A stretch of DNA of 64,000 bases from Chrysomallon squamiferum (Eukaryota > Animalia > Mollusca): the NCBI GenBank assembly GCA_012295275.1, contig CM022668.1, forward strand, positions 13,206,001 through 13,270,000. The letters are read 5' to 3'. The position numbers and the translations under genes are program-made. The notes beneath the pieces were generated by a model. That model searched no databases and had not been told where the DNA came from. It was given only the letters and a program-made list of their open reading frames with translations. Shown here piece after piece: positions 13,901-24,000 of this stretch; position 1 is the stretch's first letter; every line of letters starts with the position of its first letter.

Positions 13901-15268
13901 TTTTTGGACTGGATAAAATTAGGATGAGTTATTTGAAATCCTTCCAATAAGAATTCAGATCTCATCTATGTTAAAGATAATAACTTAAACAAGTGTGTTC
14001 AAGTGGTTTCATTTATTTTTATTAATTACAGAAAAATATTTTTGATTATGCATAAGAAATTAAGTTAAAATACAGGAACTGGACCAATTATCTGGACTCC
14101 TTGGGGCATGAGGCATTCCAAATTTCTGGATTTTCCAGTTTTCTGGTACCAAGGCATCTAAATATGTAAATAATTAGCCATAAACATTTTAAAATTAAAA
14201 ACAAAGAAAACTGATGATACACAACTGTGGCGACTTGACACGTAAACAATGTGGTGAGTGAATGAATGCCACTTGGCTTGAAAGAGTAGTTCCTGTCTGG
14301 TCTTTCAGGATTTCAGGCTGCTAGATAATTGGTCCGGTACCTGTAATTGTTTCAAAACGTTTTATATGAAAACAAATGCCAGTTCTCAAAACAAAAAAAA
14401 AAAAAATTAAAATACTTGTTTGAAAATGTTATATGTGAAATAAAAAGTAACCAGTTTTAATATAGTCTACATTACTGTTGGTTTTGTCTTTCTCAGATTT
14501 GTTAGGTGAAAATGCTGGTGGTCAGGGAGTGGCCCTTGGATTTCAGTTCTTTGGTGGACCAATTGTCACCATTCTGGCCTCAAAAACATCTCGTGAGTCT
14601 GTTTTTTCATAATCATTTTACTTACACATGATGCTTGCCAGCACTCTATGTCCTAAATTTCAAATCTTGTAATTTCAGAGCAATTTTAATCATTTCAGAA
14701 ATGTTTTCAGGGAAAGAAAATGGTTTTTGTCATAACTATTATTGATTATTATTATTTATTAAATTTTTATTATTTTATTTTTATTTTTAGTTCTTTAATT
14801 GTTTTATTATTTTATTATTATTGAATGCTTTTCAAAAGAAATGACAAAATTTGAATAAACAAAATTGTTTTTTAGTTTTGACATGACTGTTTTTATTATA
14901 TATATTAAAATTATTTTATTATTTTATTTTAACATTTTTGCATTATTATTAAAGTTATTATACATTAATAATGATTATTATTATTATTATTGAAAATATA
15001 TTTTATAAAACTTCATTAATATTTTTTATCAGACATCTTATTTTAGAACTATCCTAACATTTTGGAAAATTATTATTATTACGTTTTTATGGTAACAAAT
15101 ATATTTTTTCAGAGTGTCAATTCTGTCAGACAAATAACAAAATGATGAGTTTTATTTTTATTTTTGCCACATATGACCCTTTAAATTATTTGTTTTTATT
15201 TTTATTATGATATCATTTTCAGACATGTGTCTTTACAGTCAGACATGTGCTATTATTTTTTATTATTA

Positions 15269-15300
<32 letters not shown>

Positions 15301-15825
15301 GATATATTTTCAGAGCGCTATCGCTTACAGTCAGACTGTCTAGAAGCAATGTGGCTACCATTGAAAGAGCTGACTATTCGACTGATGAATCATTTCAATC
15401 GAGCCAAAGACTTTAAAATTTTCTTTGACGGAACTCTTCCACTGCAAGAGTATTTTGAGCTTGTTGACAGTCATTTTGAGGTTAGTGTTAAAGTTTTAAT
15501 TTTTAATTTTTTTTTTTTTTTTAAAAATGGTAATAATAATAAAAAAAATATTTTGTATGTTATTATCATTGTTTTTTCTATAATTTATATTATGTAATTA
15601 GCATTTTTTCCTTTTTGTTATTTTTTTTGTTTTATTTATTTTGTTTTATTTCTAAATTGTGTTAATATGAACAAGAAGTATTTTATTGAATTTTATTTTG
15701 TATCATCATCATCATTATTATTATCATCTCTGTTATCATCAATATCATTATCACATTAGTTTTTTTATTGTTAATGTCATCATCATCATCATCATTATTA
15801 TTACTACTACTACTACTACTACTAC

Positions 15826-15904
<79 letters not shown>

Positions 15905-16710
15905 TCAGTATCGTCTGGGAGCTACAAAATGTAGAGAACTGTTAGATCAAAGAGCACAACAGTTTCGCTCAATAGAAAAGAGACTGCTTACCAAGTTCAA
16001 GGACAAAAACCCTTCACCCTTACAGAACCTTGACACTTTGCTGGAAGGAACATACAGACAGGTTTGTTAGAGTTATCTCCCTTGCATGTTTTTCTTTAAA
16101 TTAAATTTTACATATATTTCAGACAACAATACAAAAAAAATTGTAATTAAAAAATAATAATAGTAATAATAATAATAAATTAAAAATTAAAAAAAAAATA
16201 AGAATAAAAGAAAAAATTAAAACAGAAATTGAAATTTGCTGATAAATATTCAAATATTTCAAATATATTTTGGTTATTTATTTAAATTTGTAATTATAAT
16301 TTTATTAATAAATTGATATTTTTGATGCATTTGGAATTTATAGATAAATAATATTGATTTTACAGTTGTTTATCAAGATCATGAAATTTATTTTGGATTT
16401 CTTACTGATACCTTTGTTTTATAATGATTTATTATTAATGATAATAACGGGTTTTTTTATGATTGCTATCATTTGTTGAATATGTTTTTAAAAAATACTG
16501 CTAATTGTTTAATCTCTTATTATTATTAATTAATTCTTCTGTAACTGTTAAATCAGTTTTATTGTAGGAGTATTAGATGTTGGTTTTAGAAATTAACCAG
16601 ACATTTGTTACTAATAATAATTGTGTTCTGGCTAATAAAATTAGGGGAAAAAAAAAAATAATAATAACAGTAATACTATACTATCGCTACTTCTACTACT
16701 ACCATTAATA

Positions 16711-16754
<44 letters not shown>

Positions 16755-16803
16755 GTACTACTACTGATAATAATTAAAATGATACTAATAATAATACTGT
16801 ATC

Positions 16804-16835
<32 letters not shown>

Positions 16836-16949
16836 TAATAACAGTAGTACTAATACTATTGCTACTACTACTACTACTACTATTAATAATAATAGTAATA
16901 GTACTAGTACTAATAATAAATAAAATAATATCAATAATAATACCATATC

Positions 16950-16987
<38 letters not shown>

Positions 16988-17694
16988 CAATAACAATAAC
17001 AATAATAACAATAACAATAATAACTTGTTTTCTAGTTGCTAGCACTGGCCGATGCTGTTGAAGATAACTGCAACGCTCAGCAGGTAGCTGCTAACAACCT
17101 CAGTTCAGGGACTTACCTCATCAATTTTCTTATAAAACTCTGGGTTGACCTCACAGACGACGAATTCAAAGTGCTCGAATCAACTCTCTCTCCTATTGTG
17201 AACGAATCCGATGAACAGGTGAGAAATAAAATTATTATAAATTATAATTTCATTCTGTTCACCTTTTTGATTTATATAAATGATTCTTTATATTTGTTGT
17301 TGTTGTTGTTGTTGTAATTTTACTGCTCAGTTTTATTGTTTATTTTATTTCTTTATTTTCTTTCTTATTTATTTGTTAGTTTTTGTTTAATTTATTTATT
17401 TGTTTTTGTTTATTTATAACTTTCTATTGTACTTACTCATTCATTCATTTGTTCATCATCATCAACTTATAGTTATATGAAAAAAAAGAAAAGAAAAGAA
17501 GATAAAATATTCATTCATTCATTTGTTCATTCATACATAACCTTTGTTTATTAATTTGCTTTTTTTTCTTTCTATTTTATATATTTGTGTATTAATTTAG
17601 ATATTTATTTAAATATTTATTAATGTAATTTATTTATTTATTTATTTATTTATTTATGTAGATATTAAACTGTTGATAAAAAGATCTATACCAT

Positions 17695-17733
<39 letters not shown>

Positions 17734-18102
17734 TTCATTCATTCATTCATTCATTCATTCATTCATTCATGGATATATTTTATTTATTTTTTTTTTTATT
17801 TATATATTTTTATTGATATTTAACTGTTCATTCAAAGGTATCTTCTGTTTGTATGAATGTTTGTTTATTTATTTATTTATTTTTTTATTTATTTATCTAG
17901 GGCTGGCAGGAATCGGTGGATGCTGCAGTGACACATCTGTTGAGGACAACTCTTGCCAAATCCACCAAGGACCAGTCTGTGAACCCGTCACCCCTGACAA
18001 TGCCCTCTGACACAGCCAAGGTCAAGAAACACATAGCTCTGTTGTGTGACCGTCTGGGCAAGGGAGCCAGGCTGATAGAAGGATTAGCAGGTACAGCTTC
18101 AA

Positions 18103-18188
<86 letters not shown>

Positions 18189-18377
18189 CTTTCAGAATGT
18201 TCACATCTCTTTATGATAGTGAGAGAGAATGAAGATTTGAATTTAGACCTAAAATTACAAAATTATTGAGGCCAACAGAATATATTTTTGGTTTTTGGGG
18301 TTTTTTTTTTTTAAATCTCTTAGTGTAAAGTATCTTAACAGGAAATCTCGGAAATGCATTTCTTTTCTTTCTTTTTT

Positions 18378-18426
<49 letters not shown>

Positions 18427-18644
18427 CAACAATAACAAAAATAATAATAATAATAATTTTTCATGTTCTATTATGTTTGGTTTTTACAGAAAAGCGAGAG
18501 AATAAATTGAGAGTTTCAGCACCAAGTAAGAATGTGATTGAAAATGGAGAACTTGAATCTATTATGGAAGCAGATGAATCAAGAACAATGACCAACACCA
18601 AGTACAGGTAATATTGTTATAATAAATGTGATAAACACAATGAC

Positions 18645-18700
<56 letters not shown>

Positions 18701-18854
18701 TGTGTTTCTGTCTGAAACACAGCGCATTGTATTGTGTGTTAGTGTTATTTTTGTGTGTCTGTCTTTCTGTTTGTGTATGTATATCTGTTTCAATGTCTGT
18801 GTATTTGTGTTTATGTTTGTCTGTGTTTTGTGTGTGTGTTTGAGAGCATGTGCA

Positions 18855-18907
<53 letters not shown>

Positions 18908-19360
18908 ATTTCTTAGTATTTGTCAGGTAATGTATGTGCATATAAATCTTGATGTAGGTATATCTTTTTATATGAGTATGTTGGTGTTGTGTACATGTTT
19001 ATGTGTGTTTATGTATGCATGTGCATGTATATATTAAAATACCGATATACTATTAACAGTTATAATTTGTTTTTGAAGGGAAAAGAAGAAAAAGAAGAAA
19101 CAAAAAGGAAGTGCTGAAAATTCACTCAGTGATTTGCAGCCTGTAGGTTTGCCTGCACTCAACAAACCTATAGGTAGGTTTTAACCTCTCACTTCTTTTT
19201 CTTTTTTTCATAATATCAAGAATTCTAATTATATTCTGGATGTTTGCTAGATTAATATTTGTTATAAATATATTAGAGAAGATTTCCTGTGTTGTATTTT
19301 AATTATCATCTGAATTATTTTTATTAAATAAACAACAACAAGACTTCATTATTATTATTA

Positions 19361-19417
<57 letters not shown>

Positions 19418-20613
19418 TATTATTATTATTATTATTATTATTTTATTAATTAATATTGATGATGGTTGTAATGTGTTTATTTTGAGTTTCTTTAAATCAT
19501 TATCATTTAGCTATTGTAGAAATACAAAAATTCATTTATTATTTATTTAATTTAGACAGCATATCTGAAAATTAATTATTAAAAAAAAATCCAAAAAGGT
19601 AAAAAAAAAAATTAAAAATAAGAATTAAACTTGATATAAATGTTTCTCTTATTTTATTTTTAAAATTGTTCTTGTATTTGTTTTTTGTTTATGTTTGTTT
19701 GTTCGTTTTTTATTATTATTATTATTATTATGTACATGCTTTGTTTTTGTTTTTGTTTTGTTTGTTTGGCAGGTTTTTTAAATGGCTAAACATTCACAAT
19801 AGAAAAGAGAAAAAAAATACTTTTGTGAAAAAACTCTTATTAGACTGAGCCACAATCTATTTTTCAAACTGTTTTACACTTTATATAAATATATATATAT
19901 ATATCTTTTGTTTGAAAACTAGACAGTTTTTATATATTATCTTTTAATTCTTTTTTGTTATATTTTTAATTACAAAAACATTAATTTAATGTATTTATTG
20001 TTTTATTTTTTTATTACATACTTTTGTTCATTCTTTTATTATTGTTTTATTTTTTTATTGACACAAGTTGTAGATTTGTTATTTCTACAGGGTAACTGCT
20101 AAAAAGTATTGGGGTATAAACCAATTACTTTTTATATCGTTCACATTTAATTGTTTTATTTGTTTTTAGGCATTTATTTTTTCAAATAACAAAGTACAAC
20201 AATAATATTAAAAGGTCTAGGCAAGATATATCCACTGTTATAAACAAATTTTTAATATATAAAGATACAAAAATACCTTGCTCAGTTAATAGATATGTTA
20301 ATTTATCAATGATTTATTCAGTGGTTTTTATATTAATTGAGTAACAACCTTTGCAAATAATAAAGTATGACAATAATTTAAAGAGTAGAAGGAAATAACT
20401 GTTCAGCAAGTGTTATTTTATTTATTTTGTTTTATATTTGTGTTATTTAATTATGTATTTAATTTTTACATCAATGATTTTTAAATATTTGATATTTAAT
20501 ACATACATATATACATACACAGACATGCACACACACATACATACACACACACAAACACACACATTATTGTGTTCTAATTTTTTTTTTTTTTTTTTATTTA
20601 TTCATTCATTTAT

Positions 20614-20696
<83 letters not shown>

Positions 20697-21032
20697 GCAG
20701 AAACATGAATCTGTTTGTATAATTAATAATCTATTAATTTTTTGATTATGATGTAAATGCAAAAAACAAACATATATATATATGTATATATATTTTATAA
20801 TGTATTAATCTGATAATGCTATAGGTGAAAAACAAAGACATATATAATTTATAACATAGTAATTATTTTGTATGTGTAATTTATAAAGTATTAATTTCTT
20901 GATAAATTTGTAGGTGAGAAACAGAGACAGATAGAAAGTCTTGTACCAGATCTTGATGAACTGGAAAATGAACTTGAGGGACCAAATATTTTTAGTGCTT
21001 CAGAAGATACCAGTGTTGTTTATTCTTTGTGA
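2866..21032 (+). CDS. BBS9: Bardet-Biedl syndrome 9 / PTHB1 orthologue (BBSome core subunit); 23 coding exons, about 933 aa after correcting a 2-nt frameshift in exon 9
   Basis: Hand-spliced GT-AG exons give [33 protein letters not shown]...[13 protein letters not shown]...YLGTDP...ILASKTSQRYRLQS...[13 protein letters not shown]...[14 protein letters not shown], colinear with human BBS9 as recalled (MSLFKARDWWST...). Exon lengths sum to 2800 nt, and junction phases are consistent once exon 9 is corrected. Confidence 0.97.
3013..3256. mobile_element. Degenerate hAT-like MITE
   Basis: Imperfect TIRs CAGTGGCAGACCTA ... TAGATCCAGCCCTG with GGGGCCC-type subterminal motifs; no target-site duplication preserved. 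Confidence 0.45.
3617..3776 (+). CDS. BBS9: BBS9 coding exon 2
   Basis: ttccag|; [19 protein letters not shown]...[12 protein letters not shown]; |gtaagc. Confidence 0.95.
3848..4111. mobile_element. Degenerate hAT-like MITE
   Basis: CAGTGG ... CCACTG ends with GC-rich subterminal blocks around an AT-rich core; target-site duplication unclear. Confidence 0.45.
4529..4593 (+). CDS. BBS9: BBS9 coding exon 3
   Basis: tttcag|; [21 protein letters not shown]; |gtaccc. Confidence 0.93.
4793..4906 (+). CDS. BBS9: BBS9 coding exon 4
   Basis: tttcag|; [37 protein letters not shown]; |gtaaac. Confidence 0.95.
5616..5790 (+). CDS. BBS9: BBS9 coding exon 5
   Basis: ttttag|; [36 protein letters not shown]...[17 protein letters not shown]; |gtaggt. 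Confidence 0.96.
6365..6443 (+). CDS. BBS9: BBS9 coding exon 6
   Basis: tttcag|; [26 protein letters not shown]; |gtaaga. Confidence 0.93.
6914..6998 (+). CDS. BBS9: BBS9 coding exon 7
   Basis: atttag|; [28 protein letters not shown]; |gtgagt. Confidence 0.94.
7544..7639 (+). CDS. BBS9: BBS9 coding exon 8
   Basis: tttcag|; [32 protein letters not shown]; |gtaagc. Confidence 0.94.
7659..7922. mobile_element. Decayed pogo/Tigger-like MITE remnant
   Basis: Begins TACAATCAGCCTGACTTATCTG and ends with CTGCAGATATGGAACCTGCAGATA, resembling CpG-decayed Tigger-type ends. Confidence 0.3.
8740..8867 (+). CDS. BBS9: BBS9 coding exon 9 (apparent 2-nt frameshift near 8775-8780)
   Basis: caccag|; [12 protein letters not shown] in one frame, then [29 protein letters not shown] in another; |gtaagt. 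Confidence 0.9.
8925..9040 (+). repeat. About 40 bp tandem repeat, roughly 2.5 copies
   Basis: TTTAAAATTGTCTCAAAACTAAT(C/A)ATGGT(A/T)AAGTCTTAAA. Confidence 0.85.
9358..9682 (+). repeat. 20-22 bp minisatellite, about 15-16 copies, running into the exon 10 acceptor
   Basis: Unit TTCAG(TG/CA)ATTTAAAATGTATT. Confidence 0.95.
9674..9855 (+). CDS. BBS9: BBS9 coding exon 10
   Basis: tttcag|; [27 protein letters not shown]...[16 protein letters not shown]; |gtaagt. Confidence 0.95.
10372..10448 (+). CDS. BBS9: BBS9 coding exon 11
   Basis: ttatag|; [25 protein letters not shown]; |gtgagt. Confidence 0.9.
10833..10846. promoter_or_regulatory. RFX X-box
   Basis: GTTGCCATGGAAAC matches the X-box consensus and lies inside a ciliary gene. 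Confidence 0.55.
10873..10929 (+). CDS. BBS9: BBS9 coding exon 12
   Basis: ttacag|; [19 protein letters not shown]; |gtaagt. Confidence 0.92.
12259..12361 (+). CDS. BBS9: BBS9 coding exon 13
   Basis: ttttag|; [34 protein letters not shown]; |gtaaat. Confidence 0.88.
12527..12631 (+). CDS. BBS9: BBS9 coding exon 14
   Basis: tttcag|; [35 protein letters not shown]; |gtatta. Confidence 0.88.
12953..13093 (+). CDS. BBS9: BBS9 coding exon 15
   Basis: ttttag|; [47 protein letters not shown]; |gtaggt. Confidence 0.94.
13074..13670 (+). repeat. About 130-170 bp tandem repeat, 4 copies, starting inside exon 15
   Basis: Units begin TCTCAA(T/C)GAGCTCTTT(C/T)CTGGT or a close variant at 13074, 13228, 13395 and 13528. 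Confidence 0.92.
14073..14343. mobile_element. Tc1/mariner-type MITE in BBS9 intron 15
   Basis: Terminal inverted repeats: left CAGGAACTGGACCAATTATCT, right (reverse complement) CAGGTACCGGACCAATTATCT; TA on both sides (14071-14072, 14344-14345); no ORF. Confidence 0.8.
14497..14592 (+). CDS. BBS9: BBS9 coding exon 16
   Basis: tctcag|; [32 protein letters not shown]; |gtgagt. Confidence 0.94.
15314..15480 (+). CDS. BBS9: BBS9 coding exon 17
   Basis: tttcag|; [20 protein letters not shown]...[15 protein letters not shown]; |gttagt. Confidence 0.95.
15909..16061 (+). CDS. BBS9: BBS9 coding exon 18
   Basis: tttcag|; [51 protein letters not shown]; |gtttgt. Confidence 0.95.
17036..17218 (+). 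CDS. BBS9: BBS9 coding exon 19
   Basis: ttctag|; [11 protein letters not shown]...[30 protein letters not shown]; |gtgaga. Confidence 0.95.
17901..18090 (+). CDS. BBS9: BBS9 coding exon 20
   Basis: atctag|; [25 protein letters not shown]...[22 protein letters not shown]; |gtacag. Confidence 0.94.
18490..18607 (+). CDS. BBS9: BBS9 coding exon 21 (divergent C-terminal tail)
   Basis: ttacag|; [40 protein letters not shown]; |gtaata; open frame and phase-compatible, but no homology support. Confidence 0.72.
19079..19173 (+). CDS. BBS9: BBS9 coding exon 22 (lysine-rich)
   Basis: ttgaag|; [31 protein letters not shown]; |gtaggt; phases 2 and 1 fit the neighbouring exons. Confidence 0.7.
20914..21032 (+). 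CDS. BBS9: BBS9 coding exon 23 (terminal, stop TGA 21030-21032)
   Basis: ttgtag|; [39 protein letters not shown]; coding-like composition within AT-rich flanks. Confidence 0.7.
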
Positions 21033-24000
21033 TGTGTATTAAAATATCTGCTGTGTAAGTTTTTTTAATTTAATTTAATTTAATTTAATTTAATTTAATT
21101 TAATTTTATTTTATTTTATTTTATTTTATTTTATTTTATTTTATTACTTTTTTATTTATTTACTTACATATTATTATTATTATTATTATTATTTGTTTTG
21201 TTGTTGTTGTTACTACTGTTTTTAATTATTAATGATTATCATCATCATCATCATCATCATTATTATCATCAATTATAGTACTTATATAAATTTTTAAATC
21301 TTTATTAGTACTCCATAATAGCTTTTGTAACATTAAGATGACGATGACTGATTTTAAATTTAATTACTATTTTATTTTACACACAAACACACACATGCAC
21401 ACAGAGAAAAGAGACTGAGAAAGATAAAAAAAATAATTTTTTTTTCTAAAATGGATTCTTATCCATATCATTTCCCTATCTTTTACACTGAAAAATATAT
21501 TTTATATTATTATGTTTTCTTAAAGTCTGGGGTTTAGATGGTATTTGTTCAATATCATTTCATTCCAGACTGAATTTTGCAAATTAAATAAGAATAACTT
21601 AACTTTTTTTTTTATTATAAAAATAATTTTGAAAAAAAAAGGTAGTATCAAGGGATATTCTAACTTTATTTTGTATTACAAAGTTAAAATTGATTAAATA
21701 ATAAAAAAAAAAAAACTTTGTTTATAATATGTAAAATATATTCCATTTTTAGTTTGTTTTTAAGCAGTCATTTTCTTTTCACCTTATTCTTTAAAATAAA
21801 TTTTGCAAAAACAAATAATAATAACTATATTAAAAAAGAACAACAAAAGAATAGATATGTTTATTTTGTTAATTTAATAAACAAGAAAAAAACCTTCCAA
21901 TAAAATATATTCCATTTAGAAAAGTCTTAATTCGAATAAATAAATCAATTACTACTACTACTACTACTACTACTTCTAATAATAATAATAACAAAACAAT
22001 AACAACAATAATAATAGTAATAATAAATTATTAAACTTAAAAAAGAAACCCCACCTCCAGACAAAAAAAGCCACAAAAATTCCACTTACATGCACTTGCT
22101 CATCATCTGTGTTATTATTTTTTTTCTGTCCTTAACAAATATTTGTGAAGCAGAATAATGCAACATAGTCATAAATCATTTTGACAGATCAAGTTTACAG
22201 AAAATATTATCTGACAAAGATAATTTTCAAATTAGTCATCTTTTTAAATATCATCTTCATCTTCAGAAAGGTCATGGGAAATGTATCTCTTTTTTAAAGA
22301 TTTCTTTTCATTTTTTTTCTATTTTTTTTTTTTTTTTTCTTATGTCTTTTTAAAGACTTTTAGAGGGGGTTGTTAGGTGTATTTTAAAAAAAAAAATTGT
22401 TGTACTTTTTTTTAAACATCCTTTTAAAAAAAAAATTCTCATTTTTTTTTTATATATATTTTTTGATAAATTTTTATTTCTATATTTTAAATATGTTTTT
22501 CATTTCTTTATTTTAGACATTCTTGTCTCTATTTTAATTATATTTATTATTTCTTTATTTTAGATTATTAAATTTTTGTACAGTGTATTAAACTTTTTTT
22601 TATTTGTATTTCAAAGATATTTTTCATTTCTTTATTTTAGACTTTTAATATCTCTATTATAAAGTTTTTTTTCATTTCAGTATTTTAAGAATTCTTTTTT
22701 TTTTTCTCTGTATTTTAAAAATTCTTTTTTTTTCATTCCTTTTTCTTTAAAGAATTTTTTTTTTTCAAAATAAAATCTCTCCTTATTTTCGAAAACCATA
22801 TTACCAAAATAACTACAGTAATAATAATAATAATAATAATAGTAATAATCGTAATAATAATAACAATAATAACAGTAATAATTCTGCTGCTGTTTTCAAA
22901 TTACACACTTGTCTTTCGTGTCATAAATAAAACGGCGAGACCTTAGTGTAAAGATCGCTTCAGAAAAAGAAAAGATAACAAGAAAAAGATTCGAGATGAC
23001 GAGGTCCTCGTATGGGTTTCTTTTATGGCTGGTGTTAATCCCATTGTCGCGTGCTACAACGCTGTTAACCACGATGACACAGCAGTAACCAAAGCAGACA
23101 CAACTTTGCGGAGATTACCACCAATTTTTGTTAATGGTTCGAGCTCTTTTGTCCAGTTTTTTTTCCGTGGTCTGTTTTGTGTGTCTCTGTTCACCATTGT
23201 GTTCAGCCCAGTCAGTACCCATGTTTATCATTATTTATTTTTATTTTTTTTTTTTTTTTTTTCTAGGGTTTGTTACTAGGGTTAGGGTACTTTTTTTTAA
23301 TTATTTATTTTTTTTTTTTTTTTTTGTTGTTGTTGTTGTTGTTTTTTGTTGTTTTTTTAACCCCTAATGTGAGAAGACTGCTGATTAATGATGTCTCACC
23401 ACATACATTAATCAGAGGATCTCAAGTGTCACCAATAACTGTGTTTGGTTTGATGGAATCCGTGATAATTCTGCCGTGCAAGATAAGTCAGATGTACCTG
23501 GGCTAGTGCGATCATTAATAAAGTTAAAGAAGGTCCTCAGTTAACTGAAGATGGTCTTCTTAATAGTCCTCCATAGTAAAAGAATCTCTATAAATAACAG
23601 ACGTTTTGGTTTAATGTGATGTAATCCTTTTATAATATTGGTCCTTTGTTAGTAAAAGTTAGTCCTGTTGTGAGTAAGAGATAGTCCTTTGTGAGTAAAA
23701 GATAGTCCTTAGTTACTAAAACTAGTAAAAGTAAATCGTAATTTAATAAAAGATGCTCCTATGTTATATACTGTTTTGATCTATTTCTAAAGTGTCTAAT
23801 TGCTGTTTAGATGTTTGAAAACAGTTTTTATTTAAATAATAGTAAATTATTGTTATTATTTAAGAACAGTTTTGTTTTTAAATCAGCATGTGTGAATCTT
23901 CGACTCTTGAGAGCAGTGTTGTGTTGAGAAATAAAACAGTTAATTACTTTTAATTACTGTATTAATTTAGGGATTGCAGAATTAAAAAAAAAAAAAAAAA

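Noticed and set aside
2866-21032. BBS9 as a pseudogene
   Set aside because: Only one lesion, in a CA-repeat context; all other exons, splice sites and phases are intact
23025-23279. 84-aa ORF MAGVNPIVACYNAV... as a separate gene
   Set aside because: No recognisable homology, and it runs into poly-T; better treated as part of a non-coding island, although a small ORF cannot be fully excluded
23263-23290. TTAGGG telomere-like motif
   Set aside because: Only one to two units, consistent with chance
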